DNA of 64,000 nt from Patescibacteria group bacterium. Lineage in GTDB: Bacteria; Patescibacteriota; SICC01. Positions 52,028 to 63,000 of this stretch are shown here, in pieces. The notes below the pieces were generated by a model, which saw nothing but the letters and a program-made list of their open reading frames with translations, had not been told where the DNA came from and made no database searches. The position numbers were made by a program, and so were the translations under genes. Numbering within the stretch: position 1 is the first letter of the stretch; each line of letters starts with the position of its first letter. The DNA is taken from NCBI GenBank assembly GCA_040902515.1, contig JBBDXB010000006.1, positions 335,814 to 399,813 of the forward strand. The letters run 5' to 3'.

Positions 52028-54032
52028 GATTATCGGTATCGATCTCGGTACCACCAACTCGGCCGCGGCCGTCCTGGAGGGCGGTGAGGCCAAGATCATC
52101 ACGAACAAGGAGGGCGGCCGGCTGACTCCGTCGGTCGTGGCGCTCGGTAAGAACAAGGAGCGCCTGGTCGGACAGGTGGCGCGACGGCAACAGGTCACCA
52201 ATCCCGAGCACACCATCTTCTCGGTGAAGCGACTGATGGGTCGCAAGTTCAAGGATCCGATCGTCCAGAAGGAAGCCAAGCTGCTTCCGTACGCGCTCGA
52301 AGAAGGCCCGCACGGCGAGGTGAAGGTGCGGATGGGCGAGAAGTCCTACACGCCGCCGGAGATCTCGGCGATGATCCTCCAGAAGATCAAGGCGGACGCG
52401 GAGACGTTCCTCGGTGAGAAAGTCACCGACGTGGTGATCACCGTGCCGGCCTACTTCAACGATTCACAGCGGAACGCGACCAAGGATGCCGGCAAGATCG
52501 CCGGCGTGAACGTGAAGCGGATCATCAACGAACCGACCGCGAGCTCGCTGGCGTACGGTCTCGACAAGAAGAAGGATGAGAAGATCGCCGTCTTCGACCT
52601 CGGCGGCGGCACGTTCGACATCACGATCCTGGAGCTCGGCGACGGTGTGTTCGAAGTGAAGTCCACCAACGGCGACACGCACCTTGGCGGCGACGACTTC
52701 GACCAGGCGGTCATCGACCATCTGGTGGCCGAGTTCAAGAAGGACCAAGGCGTGGACCTCTCCACGGATCGCCAGGCGCTCCAGCGGCTCAAGGAGGCGG
52801 CTGAGAAGGCGAAGATCGAGCTTTCCACCACCGGCGAATCGGAGATCAACATCCCGTTCATCAGCGCCGGCGACTCCGGTCCCAAGCACCTGAACCTGAC
52901 GATGACCCGGGCTAAGCTCGAACAGCTGACCAGCGACCTGATCGGACGGACCAAGCAGCCCTGCCAGAAGGCGTTGGAGGACGCGGGGCTCAAGACGTCG
53001 GATATCGACGAGGTGATCCTCGTCGGCGGTATGACCCGGATGCCGGCGGTACAGGCAGCGGTAAAGGACACGTTCGGCAAGGAGCCGAACCAGAACGTGA
53101 ATCCCGACGAAGCGGTCGCACTCGGCGCGGCGATCCAGGGCGGCGTCCTCTCCGGCGACGTGAAGGACCTGCTCCTCCTCGACGTCACGCCGCTCACGCT
53201 CGGCCTGGAGACGCTCGGTGGCGTGGCCACGCCGCTGATTCCGCGGAACACGACCGTCCCGACCAGCAAGAGCCAGGTATTCTCGACGGCGGCGGACAAC
53301 CAGGGTTCGGTGGACGTGCACGTGGTCCAGGGCGAACGGCCGATGGCGGGGCACAACAAGTCGCTCGGCCGGTTCGTGCTCGACGGCATCCCGCCGGCGC
53401 CGCGCGGCGTGCCGCAGATCGAGGTGACGTTCGACATCGATGCCAACGGCATCCTGAACGTCTCGGCCAAGGACAAGGGCACCGGCAAGGAACAGAAGAT
53501 CACGATCCAGGGTTCCAGCGGCCTCTCCGACGCGGAGGTCGAGAAGATGCGGAAGGAAGCGCAGGAGCACGAGACGGAAGACCAGAAGCGCGCTGGCCTG
53601 ATCGAGGCCCGTAACGCCGCGGACAACCTGATCTACACTAGCGAGAAAACGCTGAAGGATGCGGGCGACAAGGTCAGCGAGTCCGACAAGCAGGACGTCG
53701 ATGAGAAGATCAAGGCGCTTCGCGAAACGATGGGCGCCGATGACCTCGATGCGATCAAGCAGAAGACGGACGAGCTTTCGGAAGCGATCCAGAAGATCGG
53801 TGCGGCGATGTACCAACAGGGCGGCGGTACGGAGCAGGGCGGCCCCGACCAGTCCGGCGGCGAGGACGAGGGTGTCGACTACACCACGACCGCCGACCAG
53901 TCGGATTCGGACACGTCTGGCGGCGATGCCGCGGCCGGCGCGGAATCGGGGAGCGGCGAGACGGGCAGCGAAGCAGAGTCGAAGGACGGTTCGAAGCAGT
54001 CCGACGCTCCCGACGACGACGGGAAGAAGTAG
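52020..54032 (+). CDS. dnaK: molecular chaperone DnaK (Hsp70)
   Basis: [18 protein letters not shown] and Hsp70 signatures. AAGGAG 7 nt upstream of ATG 52020. The longer ORF from 51747 is an out-of-context 5' extension overlapping grpE. Confidence 0.95.
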   Translation: MSKIIGIDLGTTNSAAAVLEGGEAKIITNKEGGRLTPSVVALGKNKERLVGQVARRQQVTNPEHTIFSVKRLMGRKFKDPIVQKEAKLLPYALEEGPHGEVKVRMGEKSYTPPEISAMILQKIKADAETFLGEKVTDVVITVPAYFNDSQRNATKDAGKIAGVNVKRIINEPTASSLAYGLDKKKDEKIAVFDLGGGTFDITILELGDGVFEVKSTNGDTHLGGDDFDQAVIDHLVAEFKKDQGVDLSTDRQALQRLKEAAEKAKIELSTTGESEINIPFISAGDSGPKHLNLTMTRAKLEQLTSDLIGRTKQPCQKALEDAGLKTSDIDEVILVGGMTRMPAVQAAVKDTFGKEPNQNVNPDEAVALGAAIQGGVLSGDVKDLLLLDVTPLTLGLETLGGVATPLIPRNTTVPTSKSQVFSTAADNQGSVDVHVVQGERPMAGHNKSLGRFVLDGIPPAPRGVPQIEVTFDIDANGILNVSAKDKGTGKEQKITIQGSSGLSDAEVEKMRKEAQEHETEDQKRAGLIEARNAADNLIYTSEKTLKDAGDKVSESDKQDVDEKIKALRETMGADDLDAIKQKTDELSEAIQKIGAAMYQQGGGTEQGGPDQSGGEDEGVDYTTTADQSDSDTSGGDAAAGAESGSGETGSEAESKDGSKQSDAPDDDGKK

Positions 54033-54048
54033 CCGAAGACGGAGCAAG

Positions 54049-54078
54049 CAGCCCGGCACCTCGCGAGGTGCCGGGCTG
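54049..54078 (+). terminator. 30-nt perfect palindrome (CAGCCCGGCACCTCG/CGAGGTGCCGGGCTG) 17 nt after the dnaK stop; U-tract-less terminator candidate
   Basis: Direct base-pair check gives 15 consecutive pairs. No downstream T-run. Confidence 0.45.
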
Positions 54079-54095
54079 CACGGTACGATGGTCGC

Positions 54096-54725
54096 ATGCG
54101 AATAGTACGCAAACTCGGAAACACCGCGGCACTCCTGGTAATCACCGGTGCCGTGCTGGGCATCGCCGGCTGCGACAGCAAGCCGGAACCCGCGCCGACC
54201 CCGGCGGTTTCCGAGACTCCCAGCCCGATCGACGAAGCCAAGGGCCGGTACACCGAGGCCCTGGAGCGTGCCAAGCAGTGGCAGGAGAACGCGGAGCTGG
54301 CCCGGGTGTATCGGCGCTTCAGCGGAACGCTGGCCCCGGCCGCCCCCACGCCGGCCATCTACGCATTCTCGTCGCTGGCCGAACCCCGATCGACGTTCGA
54401 GGTCGAGTTCCAGGGTGACGACGTATCCGACCGGACGGTCGAGAAGCAGCCGTTCGAACTGCTCTTCAATCCGATTGACGTGGCCGTCTGGAAGGTACCG
54501 CCGGACGAAGCGCTCCGAATCGCCGAGCAAGCGGGCGGCGAATCGTTCCGTGAAGCGCACCTGGCCGGGTACACAGTACTCCAGCAGCTCTCGAAGATGG
54601 GAGCCTACCCGCTCCAGTGGTACTTTCGGTACGAGACCGGAGATGGCAGCGACCTCCGGCTCGAGATCTACGTGAACGCGGACTCCGGAGGTGTGGACTT
54701 CAAGCGGGAAGTCAAACAGCCGTGA
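54096..54725 (+). CDS. hypothetical lipoprotein
   Basis: Signal peptide with lipobox LGIAG-C. Confidence 0.55.
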   Translation: MRIVRKLGNTAALLVITGAVLGIAGCDSKPEPAPTPAVSETPSPIDEAKGRYTEALERAKQWQENAELARVYRRFSGTLAPAAPTPAIYAFSSLAEPRSTFEVEFQGDDVSDRTVEKQPFELLFNPIDVAVWKVPPDEALRIAEQAGGESFREAHLAGYTVLQQLSKMGAYPLQWYFRYETGDGSDLRLEIYVNADSGGVDFKREVKQP

Positions 54726-54863
54726 GAATGGTAGACTGAACGTACTTTCAATGGGTACGCATCTACCAGCCTCGTAGCGCATACCACCGAGGAACTCATC
54801 ACCGAGATCCTCCGACGTTCCGGCCTGCCCCATTCCGAACTGCTCTCCGCCACGCCGACCCGC

Positions 54864-55286
54864 GTGGCGAAATCATACCGTGAGCTCTTGTCGGGCTATG
54901 GAGCGGACGTGGCCGGCCTGTCCCGGACGTTTCCGTCGGACGGTTTCGGAGGCGTGCTCATGATCGGGCCGATTCCGTTCAGCAGCCTCTGTCGGCATCA
55001 CTTCCTGCCGTTCACGGGCGAAGTCACGGTGCGATACATGCCGTCAGGTCGTGTCCTCGGGCTATCCAAGTTCTCCCGGGTCGTATCGGCCTTCGCCAGA
55101 CGTGTGCAGACCCAGGAGCGTCTGACCCAGCAGGTTTCCGACACACTCAAGGGTATCCTCGCACCCCGGGAGCTATCCGTCACCGTCACGGCGGAGCATT
55201 TCTGCATGCGGATGCGCGGCGTGCAGCAGGCAGGAGTACGGACCATGACCGTTGGGACCAGCAAGGAGGAACATGAAACGGCCTGA
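54864..55286 (+). CDS. folE: GTP cyclohydrolase I (FolE); annotated from GTG 54864 but homology continues in frame upstream to the stop at 54732 with no canonical start
   Basis: SLCRHHFLPF (Cys-His-His zinc site), QERLTQQ, HFCMRMRGV motifs. The upstream in-frame sequence encodes …EELITEILRRSGLPHSELLSATPTRVAK…, i.e. the conserved TP-x-RVAK helix. Confidence 0.75.
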   Translation: MAKSYRELLSGYGADVAGLSRTFPSDGFGGVLMIGPIPFSSLCRHHFLPFTGEVTVRYMPSGRVLGLSKFSRVVSAFARRVQTQERLTQQVSDTLKGILAPRELSVTVTAEHFCMRMRGVQQAGVRTMTVGTSKEEHETA

Positions 55287-55959
55287 TAATCATCCCGAGA
55301 CCGGCATACCGGCGGAACGAGCGCCGGAAACGGAGGTCCGCCGCGCGTTGGCAGAAGTCCGGGAGCGCGGCGGAGCATTCATACCGGGCTTTCTGGATGT
55401 GGCGGCGGTCGACGCGTTACGGGCGGAAGTGTCCGGGTCGGAATTCGAGTGGCAGGAGCAGCGGTATCTGAAAGCGGAACAACGGATCGCCAGCTACGTG
55501 GTGACCCCTCCGTTTGGCGGATATCCCCTATTGGAATCGGTCGGACGGCGGCTGACAGACGTTTACCGGACCGCGGAGCCGCCGATTACGGGGAGCGAAC
55601 GGTACGTGCCCGACCATGTGTCGGTCCATCGTTATCCGCCGGGGGACGTTGGCATTACGCCGCACTACGACGAGAAGCGCTACGGCTTTTTGGTTGCCTC
55701 ACTGACCCTGGAGGGATCGGCCACGTTCTCGATCGTCGAAGATCCGGATCCGAAGCGTACGCTTCCGGACGATCAGGTGCTCGCAGCGCGACTGCAAGCA
55801 CCGTTACTGGAAAGCTGGCAGACTGGCCCCGGGGATCTTGTCCTGCTGCGCGCACCTGGTTTCGACGGGGCTCCCGACGGACGGCCGCTTCATCAGGTAA
55901 GCGGTGGCAAGGACGGATTCCGGACGGCGCTGGTGTACCGGATGTCCGCGGGACAGTAG
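55273..55959 (+). CDS. putative Fe(II)/2-oxoglutarate-dependent oxygenase-fold protein (PhyH/P4H-like)
   Basis: AAGGAGG 3 nt upstream of ATG 55273, which lies inside the folE 3' end. Candidate H-x-D (PHYD)…H…R facial triad spacing. Confidence 0.45.
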   Translation: MKRPDNHPETGIPAERAPETEVRRALAEVRERGGAFIPGFLDVAAVDALRAEVSGSEFEWQEQRYLKAEQRIASYVVTPPFGGYPLLESVGRRLTDVYRTAEPPITGSERYVPDHVSVHRYPPGDVGITPHYDEKRYGFLVASLTLEGSATFSIVEDPDPKRTLPDDQVLAARLQAPLLESWQTGPGDLVLLRAPGFDGAPDGRPLHQVSGGKDGFRTALVYRMSAGQ

Positions 55960-55968
55960 GCTAGAAGC

Positions 55969-57003
55969 ATGTCCAAAGAGACCTACTATGACGTCCTCGG
56001 CGTGTCCCGGACGGCGACCGCGGAGGAAATCAAACGCGCATACCGGACGTTGGCCCGGGAGTATCATCCGGACGTCAACAAGGGCGACCAGGCGGAAGAG
56101 CAGTTCAAGCGGATCAACGAGGCGTACGGTACGCTGTCCGATTCGTTGAAGCGCGCCGACTACGACCAGCAGATCGCGGATCCCGGCGTGCGGGGCGGGG
56201 GTGTGTCCGGCGCCGGCGCCGCGCGTCCGGGGGCATCCCAGGCCGAGGCTGCCGCGGCACAGGGGCCCTACCGGCAGGCGCTGATCCGTGCGGCACTCGT
56301 GCGGACGATAGCCTGGGGACTGATCGCGGCCCTGGTTGGCGGTCTGCTCGCCCTTTCGCTCGAGTACCTTACCGCCACCCGGATCGATCCGTCCGCCGGA
56401 GTCCTGGGTGCCATACCGGGGCTGGTCGTGGGGTTGCTCTGGGGAGCGGACTATAATTTCAAAGTGGAGACGTTCCTGGGTACCGGTTGGCTGAGCCGGA
56501 GCTACACGCTGGCTCGGACGATCCTGATGAGCCTCGGCCTCGCCTACTACGGCGGCTTGCTTGGAGGCACAATCGACGCCGCGGCGGGGACGGGTATCTT
56601 CACCGTGTCCCTGATCCTGCTCGGCGTCCTGTCCGGTGCCGTGGCCGGATCCGACGGCGATACCGTCGAGAAGCTCCGGAGCGGCCAGGGCCGGTTCAAC
56701 CTGTTCTACACGCTGCTGCGCGGCGCCGAAGTCGGCGCGCTCGGCGCGGCGGTCGGCGCGGGTCTTGGCGGCGTCCTGGCGATCGCGGGCAGAGGCGGTG
56801 CCTTCGGCTGGACGGTGCTCACCGGATTTGCGCTCGGCATGATTATCGGCTCGATCAAGCCGCCGAACCTGGCGGCGTATGCCAGCTATGCCTCAGCTTC
56901 CGTCAAAAGCCTGATCATAATCCTGATGGTCCTCGGTGCCCTCGTGGTAGGCGTGTTGTTCGGGGCGATCGCGGGACCGGAGCTGTTGCCGGACGCGCGA
57001 TGA
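55969..57003 (+). CDS. J-domain protein with polytopic membrane C-terminal region
   Basis: N-terminal J domain with HPD (YYDVLGV…[10 protein letters not shown]), then Gly/Ala-rich TM segments. Confidence 0.75.
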   Translation: MSKETYYDVLGVSRTATAEEIKRAYRTLAREYHPDVNKGDQAEEQFKRINEAYGTLSDSLKRADYDQQIADPGVRGGGVSGAGAARPGASQAEAAAAQGPYRQALIRAALVRTIAWGLIAALVGGLLALSLEYLTATRIDPSAGVLGAIPGLVVGLLWGADYNFKVETFLGTGWLSRSYTLARTILMSLGLAYYGGLLGGTIDAAAGTGIFTVSLILLGVLSGAVAGSDGDTVEKLRSGQGRFNLFYTLLRGAEVGALGAAVGAGLGGVLAIAGRGGAFGWTVLTGFALGMIIGSIKPPNLAAYASYASASVKSLIIILMVLGALVVGVLFGAIAGPELLPDAR

Positions 57004-57045
57004 CCCCCTGACGGTACGACGATAATTCCCTAAACTAGACACGCT

Positions 57046-58197
57046 ATGCCTACGAGCAAGGATTATTATGACATTCTCGGTATTTCCCGACAGGCCTCGG
57101 TGAACGACATCAAGCGGGCCTATCGGAAGCTGGCGCATAAGTACCATCCGGACAAAGGCGGTACCAAGGAGGACGAACGGAAGTTCCGTGAGGTGCAGGA
57201 AGCGTACGAAGTGCTTTCAGACGACAAGAAGCGGGCGGCGTACGACCAGTTCGGCCACGCCGGCGCGGCCGGTGCGGGGGCTGGTCCGGGTGGTTTCGGT
57301 GGTCAGGGCTTCGGCGGATTCCAGGGCGGTGCCGAGGGGGTCGACTTCGGCGGGTTCGGTGACATCTTCGAGCAGTTCTTCGGCGGGTTCGGCGGCGCCG
57401 GCACGCGTCAGCGCGGTCCGGCGCGTGGATCCGACCTGCAGGTGAACGTGACCGTCGATTTCGAAGAGGCCGTCCGCGGTGCGGACAAGGAAGTGTCGCT
57501 GACACGGCGTGCGGCCTGCGGAACCTGCAGTGGCAATGGCGCCGCTAAGGGCGCGAAGATCGTCACGTGCCAGCGCTGCAACGGCCAGGGCCAAGTGCAG
57601 GTCACCCGGCGGACGATCCTTGGCACGATGGCCCAGGTAACTCCCTGTCCGGAATGTCACGGCGAGGGCAAGCGGCCGGAAAAGGCGTGCCCGACCTGCG
57701 GCGGCGAAGGACGCGTCCAGAAAAAGGAGACGCTCAAGGTGAAGATCCCGGCCGGTATCGATGACGGCCAGACGATCCGGGTGCAGGGAGCCGGTGAGGC
57801 CGGCGAACGGGGAGCCCCGTCCGGCCATGCGTACGTGGTCGTCCGGGTGAAGCCGTCCAAGGCGTTCGAGCGCGACGGTGCCGATCTCAGGATCGCCGTG
57901 CCGGTCAGCTTCGCCCAGGCCACGCTCGGCGCGACGATCGAAGTGCCGACGCCGACCGGTGATACCGCCACGTTCAAGATTCCCGCAGGGACCCAGAGCG
58001 GCACGTCGTTCACGCTGAAAGGCGAGGGCATGCCGAAACTCGGCTCCGCCGCCCGCGGCGACCTGGTCGCGACCGTCCAAGTGGTCGTGCCGAAGAAGCT
58101 CTCCGCGGAGGAAAAGAAGCTCGTGGAAGCGCTTGGCAGGCATGATGACATGGATGTCGGAGGCAAATCCGGCCTCTTCGGCAAGCTCGGATTGTAG
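57046..58197 (+). CDS. dnaJ: molecular chaperone DnaJ (type I)
   Basis: J domain with HPD, G/F region, four CxxCxGxG zinc-finger repeats, C-terminal domains. Confidence 0.95.
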   Translation: MPTSKDYYDILGISRQASVNDIKRAYRKLAHKYHPDKGGTKEDERKFREVQEAYEVLSDDKKRAAYDQFGHAGAAGAGAGPGGFGGQGFGGFQGGAEGVDFGGFGDIFEQFFGGFGGAGTRQRGPARGSDLQVNVTVDFEEAVRGADKEVSLTRRAACGTCSGNGAAKGAKIVTCQRCNGQGQVQVTRRTILGTMAQVTPCPECHGEGKRPEKACPTCGGEGRVQKKETLKVKIPAGIDDGQTIRVQGAGEAGERGAPSGHAYVVVRVKPSKAFERDGADLRIAVPVSFAQATLGATIEVPTPTGDTATFKIPAGTQSGTSFTLKGEGMPKLGSAARGDLVATVQVVVPKKLSAEEKKLVEALGRHDDMDVGGKSGLFGKLGL

Positions 58198-58261
58198 TTT
58201 CCGGCTTGTCGCCTGCCTGCGGAAGTAGTACGCTTTTTTCAGAAACCAAAACGAACGAATC

Positions 58262-58780
58262 GTGGAATTTCTTACCGGACTAGATGTGAACAGCCCCAGT
58301 TGGGATTTGTTCATTTTCCTTTTCTTCATCGTCGCGACGTTCGTCTACGGCTTCACGCTGGGGCGTTCGCGGATCATGGTGCTCCTGGTCAGCACCTATA
58401 TGGCGTTGGCGCTTACGCAGACGGCGCCGTTCCTGGGCGGGACCGAGGAAGTGACCGTCGGCTCCAGCCCGTTCTTCGTGGTGCAGATCACGGCGTTCGT
58501 GGCTACGATGCTGTTGATCTTCTTCTTCCTCTCGAACTCGGCGCTGCGGCGGGCGTTCGCCGCCACCGAGATCCAGGGTAAGGCCTGGCAGATCATCATC
58601 TTCTCAATCCTTCACGCAGGACTGCTCGTTTCCGTGGTGCTCTCGTTCGTACCGCCGGACCGCCGCGCCGCGTTGCTGGATGCTACGCAGAACCTATTCG
58701 CGACCGAGACCGCGCTGTTCGTCTGGACGCTCCTGCCGATTATCGTGATGATGTTCGTGCGGGATCCGGAAGAAGAGTAG
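58262..58780 (+). CDS. hypothetical polytopic membrane protein (CvpA-like?)
   Basis: GTG start. Four predicted TM helices. Confidence 0.5.
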   Translation: MEFLTGLDVNSPSWDLFIFLFFIVATFVYGFTLGRSRIMVLLVSTYMALALTQTAPFLGGTEEVTVGSSPFFVVQITAFVATMLLIFFFLSNSALRRAFAATEIQGKAWQIIIFSILHAGLLVSVVLSFVPPDRRAALLDATQNLFATETALFVWTLLPIIVMMFVRDPEEE

Positions 58781-58925
58781 CCGCGCTCACTGCCATCGTG
58801 CCGGAAACGCCTTCTCGGGATTTCCCGACGGAGAGCAACGTTCTTATTTCCGGATCCTAAGCGTTTCCTGACACGAGGCAGTGAGCGCCCAACCTTCTTA
58901 GCCAGAATGGCCCGGCGGGGTACAA

Positions 58926-58998
58926 TATGTGGGCTGCCCCGGTAGCTCAGTTGGCAGAGCAGTGGGCTTTTAACCCATGTGTCGGGGGTTCGAGACCC
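58926..58998 (+). tRNA. tRNA-Lys (anticodon UUU)
   Basis: Acceptor GCCCCGG/CCGGGGC, D-arm GCTC-AGTTGGCA-GAGC, anticodon loop CUUUUAA, T-arm GGGGG-TTCGAGA-CCCTC, discriminator A. Confidence 0.85.
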
Positions 58999-59047
58999 TC
59001 CCGGGGCACACTTGACCAAAATTAAAGGCGTGCTAGGTTTAGAAGCT

Positions 59048-59224
59048 ATGCCAGATCCTGAAAACAGCGAAGTTGCTAACTTGATCTTCTCCGAGAACCG
59101 AGATTGGTTCGAAAGGCTTAGCCCGGAAAGACAGACTGAGGTCCTGGAAAAGGAAAGGCAAAGGAAAGAGGCAATGGAGAGACATGGAATTGAACCTCTC
59201 TTGCCCGACGGTTTCGACAGATAG
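59048..59224 (+). CDS. hypothetical small protein (58 aa) in a low-GC patch immediately 3' of tRNA-Lys
   Basis: ATG ORF. AT-rich codon usage unlike the host genes. Confidence 0.3.
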   Translation: MPDPENSEVANLIFSENRDWFERLSPERQTEVLEKERQRKEAMERHGIEPLLPDGFDR

Positions 59225-59345
59225 GTGGGTACTCATTATGCGACCGGTTTGGCCGTAAGTCTGGCCATCCCATCGGCTTTGAGAGAGGCGGGACACTCGG
59301 TGTCTCGCGTGTTTGAAAGCCGTGGATACAGCAGCCGGTCGGGGT

Positions 59346-59915
59346 TCAGCCGGGGAGCACACCGGGATACTCCCGGACATCGAACGGTCGCATCCCAAGT
59401 CCCTTGGCGGTTTCCAGGTGCGCGGGTCGTACGTCCACGAACGGCAGCCCTTCCCGTGGATGTTGGAGCCGCTCCGCGGAAAGCTTGAGGAGCCCCGGAT
59501 AGTCGCGGTTTTCGTCGAGTTCCGAGCCGATCACATGTACGTGCAGCAGCTCGTCGAGCTGATAGCGTTTCCGGAAGTGGCCCACGAAATCCGGCGTGGC
59601 ATCGGATACCAGTCCAAGCACATGCGTCGGTGATTGTACGCGGATCCGGCCGAGTACCGACTGCTCCATCTCTGCGCCGTTGATCGCGAACATAGACAGC
59701 GTATCGGTTTCCTCAAGCGCCAGCTTGAGCGCGATCCCTCCCCAGTGCTCGCTCTGGGTGATCTCGCCGCGGTCGTAGGCCGGCTTGGAGTCAGCGATCG
59801 CAGCGGCCACATCGTCTTCCGGACGTTCCAGCGCCTCGGCGATATCCTCCGCCTGCGACGTAAGGTCGTCGCGCACGATCACGGACAGGTCGTAGAGGAT
59901 GGTCGGTTTTTGCAT
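59346..59915 (-). CDS. putative HAD-like hydrolase (189 aa)
   Basis: C-terminal (F)VDVRPAHLETAKGLGM resembles HAD motif IV. Assignment is weak. Confidence 0.45.
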   Translation of the reverse strand: MQKPTILYDLSVIVRDDLTSQAEDIAEALERPEDDVAAAIADSKPAYDRGEITQSEHWGGIALKLALEETDTLSMFAINGAEMEQSVLGRIRVQSPTHVLGLVSDATPDFVGHFRKRYQLDELLHVHVIGSELDENRDYPGLLKLSAERLQHPREGLPFVDVRPAHLETAKGLGMRPFDVREYPGVLPG

Positions 59916-60013
59916 ACGAGCAGCATATCAGACCACCCAGGCGTGGATGCGGTGGGGAGGCTTGACAAACGGCTCTTTTTTAGCTATGCTTAGACAATTT
60001 TCTAGAAACCAAT

Positions 60014-63000
60014 ATGACACGGAGCACCAGAAGGATCCTCGCCCATTCGGCTATCGTCACGGCCTGCGTAGCAGTGACGGCGGTGGCCGGTGTCGTCCTT
60101 CTCTCCCAGCAGGCCGAGCCGGCAGCGCCGGCGGCACTCGACGCCGTCGAGCGGATCGAGCGCGTTACCGAAGTCGCCGGCCAGCCCGTCGAACGGGTGG
60201 AAGTGGGAGGCCGCGAAACCAAGGCGGCGGCAGGTCGGCTGGTCGTGACCCTCGAGAGCGACGAGGCAAAGGCGCGGTTCGGTGACCGGCTCACGCCGAC
60301 TACCCTGCCCGACACCTACCTGCTGGCAATCGACGGTCCGCTCGAGTCGGAGCGAAGGGCCGTGGCTGCGGTCCCGGGCGTAACGCAGGTGACCCCCGAC
60401 TACGTGGTCACCGCCACCCGGACGCCGGACGACCCGCAGTACTCGTCTCACCAGTGGAACCTGCCGAAGATCGACGCTCCGCAGGCGTGGGATCGGACCA
60501 TCGGGGACGCATCTCTCCTGTCCGCCAATATCGATACGGGAGTGAACCGGAGCCACCAGGACCTGACCGCGCGGATGTGGACGAATGCCGGCGAAACGCC
60601 CGACAACGGCGTCGACGATGACGGCAACGGCTACATCGACGACTACCACGGTATGGACTTCGTGAACGCGACCCAGCCGGAAAGCGGCGTCTTCCAGAAT
60701 GACGCCGACGGTCCGCTGGACGACCACGGCCACGGCACCCTGACCTCGTCGGTTACCGGTGCCGCGACCGACAACGCGACCGGCATCGCCGGCGTGGACT
60801 GGCAGGCGAAGATCGTCGCCGTGAAGGTCCTCGACAGCGATGGGTTCGGCTTCTTCTCAGACGTGGCCGAGGGTATCCGGTACGCTTCCGTCGTCGGCGC
60901 GAAGACCGCGAATCTCAGCCTGGGTGCGTTCGGTGTGGATAGCGACGCCATGACCGACGCCGCCATCGAGTACGCGACGGGGCGCGGGACCATCGTGGTC
61001 GCCGCCTCCGGCAACGACGGCTCCTCGACCGTGGTGGATTACCCGGCCAAGCACCCGGACGCGATCGCCGTCGGTGCCACCGGTTCGACCGACGTCCGGG
61101 CCAGTTATTCCAACGGAGGTCCTGAGCTGGACCTGGTCGCGCCAGGTTCCGGCATCCGCGGCGCGGGACTCGGTAGTACGAGCTACATCAACGCCAGTGG
61201 CACCTCGCTCTCCACGCCCCACGTGGCCGGCGTGGCGAGCCTGCTCAAGAGCATCAACCCGGGACTGACCACCGCCCAGGTAAGGAGCATCCTCCACAAG
61301 TCGGCGGACAAGGTGTCCGGCATGAACGGGGCCACCCGGACCGACCTCTACGGGTACGGCCGGCTTAACGCCAAGCGCGCGTTGGACCAACTCAAACCGT
61401 ATTCGGCACGTTGGGCCGGACAGTCGGCGCACCCTTCGATCAGCCCGGGGGAGGACGCGACGGTGCATGTGGACTTCAAGAACACCGGCTCGCTGGCCTG
61501 GTCGAATACCGGCTCCAACCCGGTCCGGCTTGGTACCAGCCACCCTCGTGATCGCTGGTCTCCGTTCTATAACGATACTTGGTTGACACCGACCCGGACG
61601 GGCAGCTTCACGGGCCGTGTCGAAGGCGACGGTTCGGTCACGACTACCGGCACCATTGAGCCCGGCGAGACCGCCCGGTTCAGCTTCACGATGACGGCGC
61701 CGCCGCGGACCACCGTAGCGAACCTGCGGGAATACTTCCAGCCGGTCGCCGAAGGCGTGACCTGGCTCGAGGATTGGGGAATGTATCTGGAACCGACGGT
61801 GTCGGGGGAAACCTATGCCTACGAGTATGTCAGCCAGACCAACACCAGCGGCGTGATGCAGCCGAACGAGCGGCAGGAGGTGACGATCGACCTGAAGAAC
61901 ACCGGGACCGCCGCCTGGCGCAACGACACGTTGTTTGACTTCAAGCTGGGCACCAGCCGTACCCGGGACCGTTCGAGTATCACCTACAACGACACCTGGC
62001 AGGTCCCGAACCGCATCGGTGCGTTCAAGGGGACGGTGTCCGGCGGTGTCCTTACCGAGACGAATGCGGTCGAGCCCGGCGAGACCGCCCGGTTCCGGTT
62101 CGATTTCAAGGCACCGTCCGGTGGCACCAATCACAAGGAATACTTCCAGCCGTTGATCGAGCGCTTCGCCTGGCTGAAGGACATCGGCATCTACTGGTCC
62201 ATCGTCGTGCCATCGCAATCGTACGATTACCAATGGGTGAGCCAGAGCGCCCATCCGGTGATGGAGGAAGGCGCGACCGCCACCGTAAGCATTCGCCTCA
62301 AGAACATCGGTTCCTCGAACTGGCAGTCGGACGGATCGAACCCGGTCCGGCTCGGCACCGACCGTCCGCAGGACCGGCTTTCCGGATTCACGGACGGCGG
62401 TTCGGCCGCGGGCTGGATCGGCATGAACCGGGTCAAGCTCACGCGCAACGTGACGGACACCGGGAAGAACGTGGACGGCGAGACGACCGTCGCTCCCGGC
62501 GAGGTCGGTGAGTTCGAATTCGATGTAGTAGGAGATCCGGCCCCCGGGACATACCGGGAGTATTTCCGGCCCGTTACCGAGGGAATCGCCTGGATGCGCG
62601 ACATCGGCATCTACTGGGACATGACCGTCAGCCACCCGATTGACGTGGGCCTGGCCCAGCAGGGGTCGATGACGTTCACCTCGGACGGCACCGTGACGAT
62701 CCGCGACGTCCTGGGGGCGGTCCGCGGTACGGCCAGCGCCGGCCAGACCGTCACGCTCCGGTATACCGGCTCCTCTTACCAAGCGGTCCTGCCGAGCGGG
62801 ACGATCACCTCGTGCTGCGCGTTGACCGCTGAGCAGGGTGCGAACAGCCTCTTCACGATCTCGGATCTGGCGAACGGCGGTTCCAACAACCGCTTCCGCG
62901 GATCGCTTGCAATCCGGAACGGGACCGTTGGTAGCTGGGCGGTGAACACGCTGAACCTTGAGGAATACCTGCGCGGTCTCGGTGAAGTGCCGGATTCCTG

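Noticed and set aside
52464-54833. 789-aa minus-strand ORF antisense to dnaK, plus the 391-aa ORF 52451..53626
   Set aside because: They lie opposite a definite Hsp70 gene. Composition is R/L/G-biased with no features.
61400-62650. Possible DNA-level tandem repeat or mobile repeat inside the S8 gene
   Set aside because: The periodicity reflects four diverged in-frame protein-domain repeats of about 360 nt each. It is not a non-coding repeat or an insertion element.
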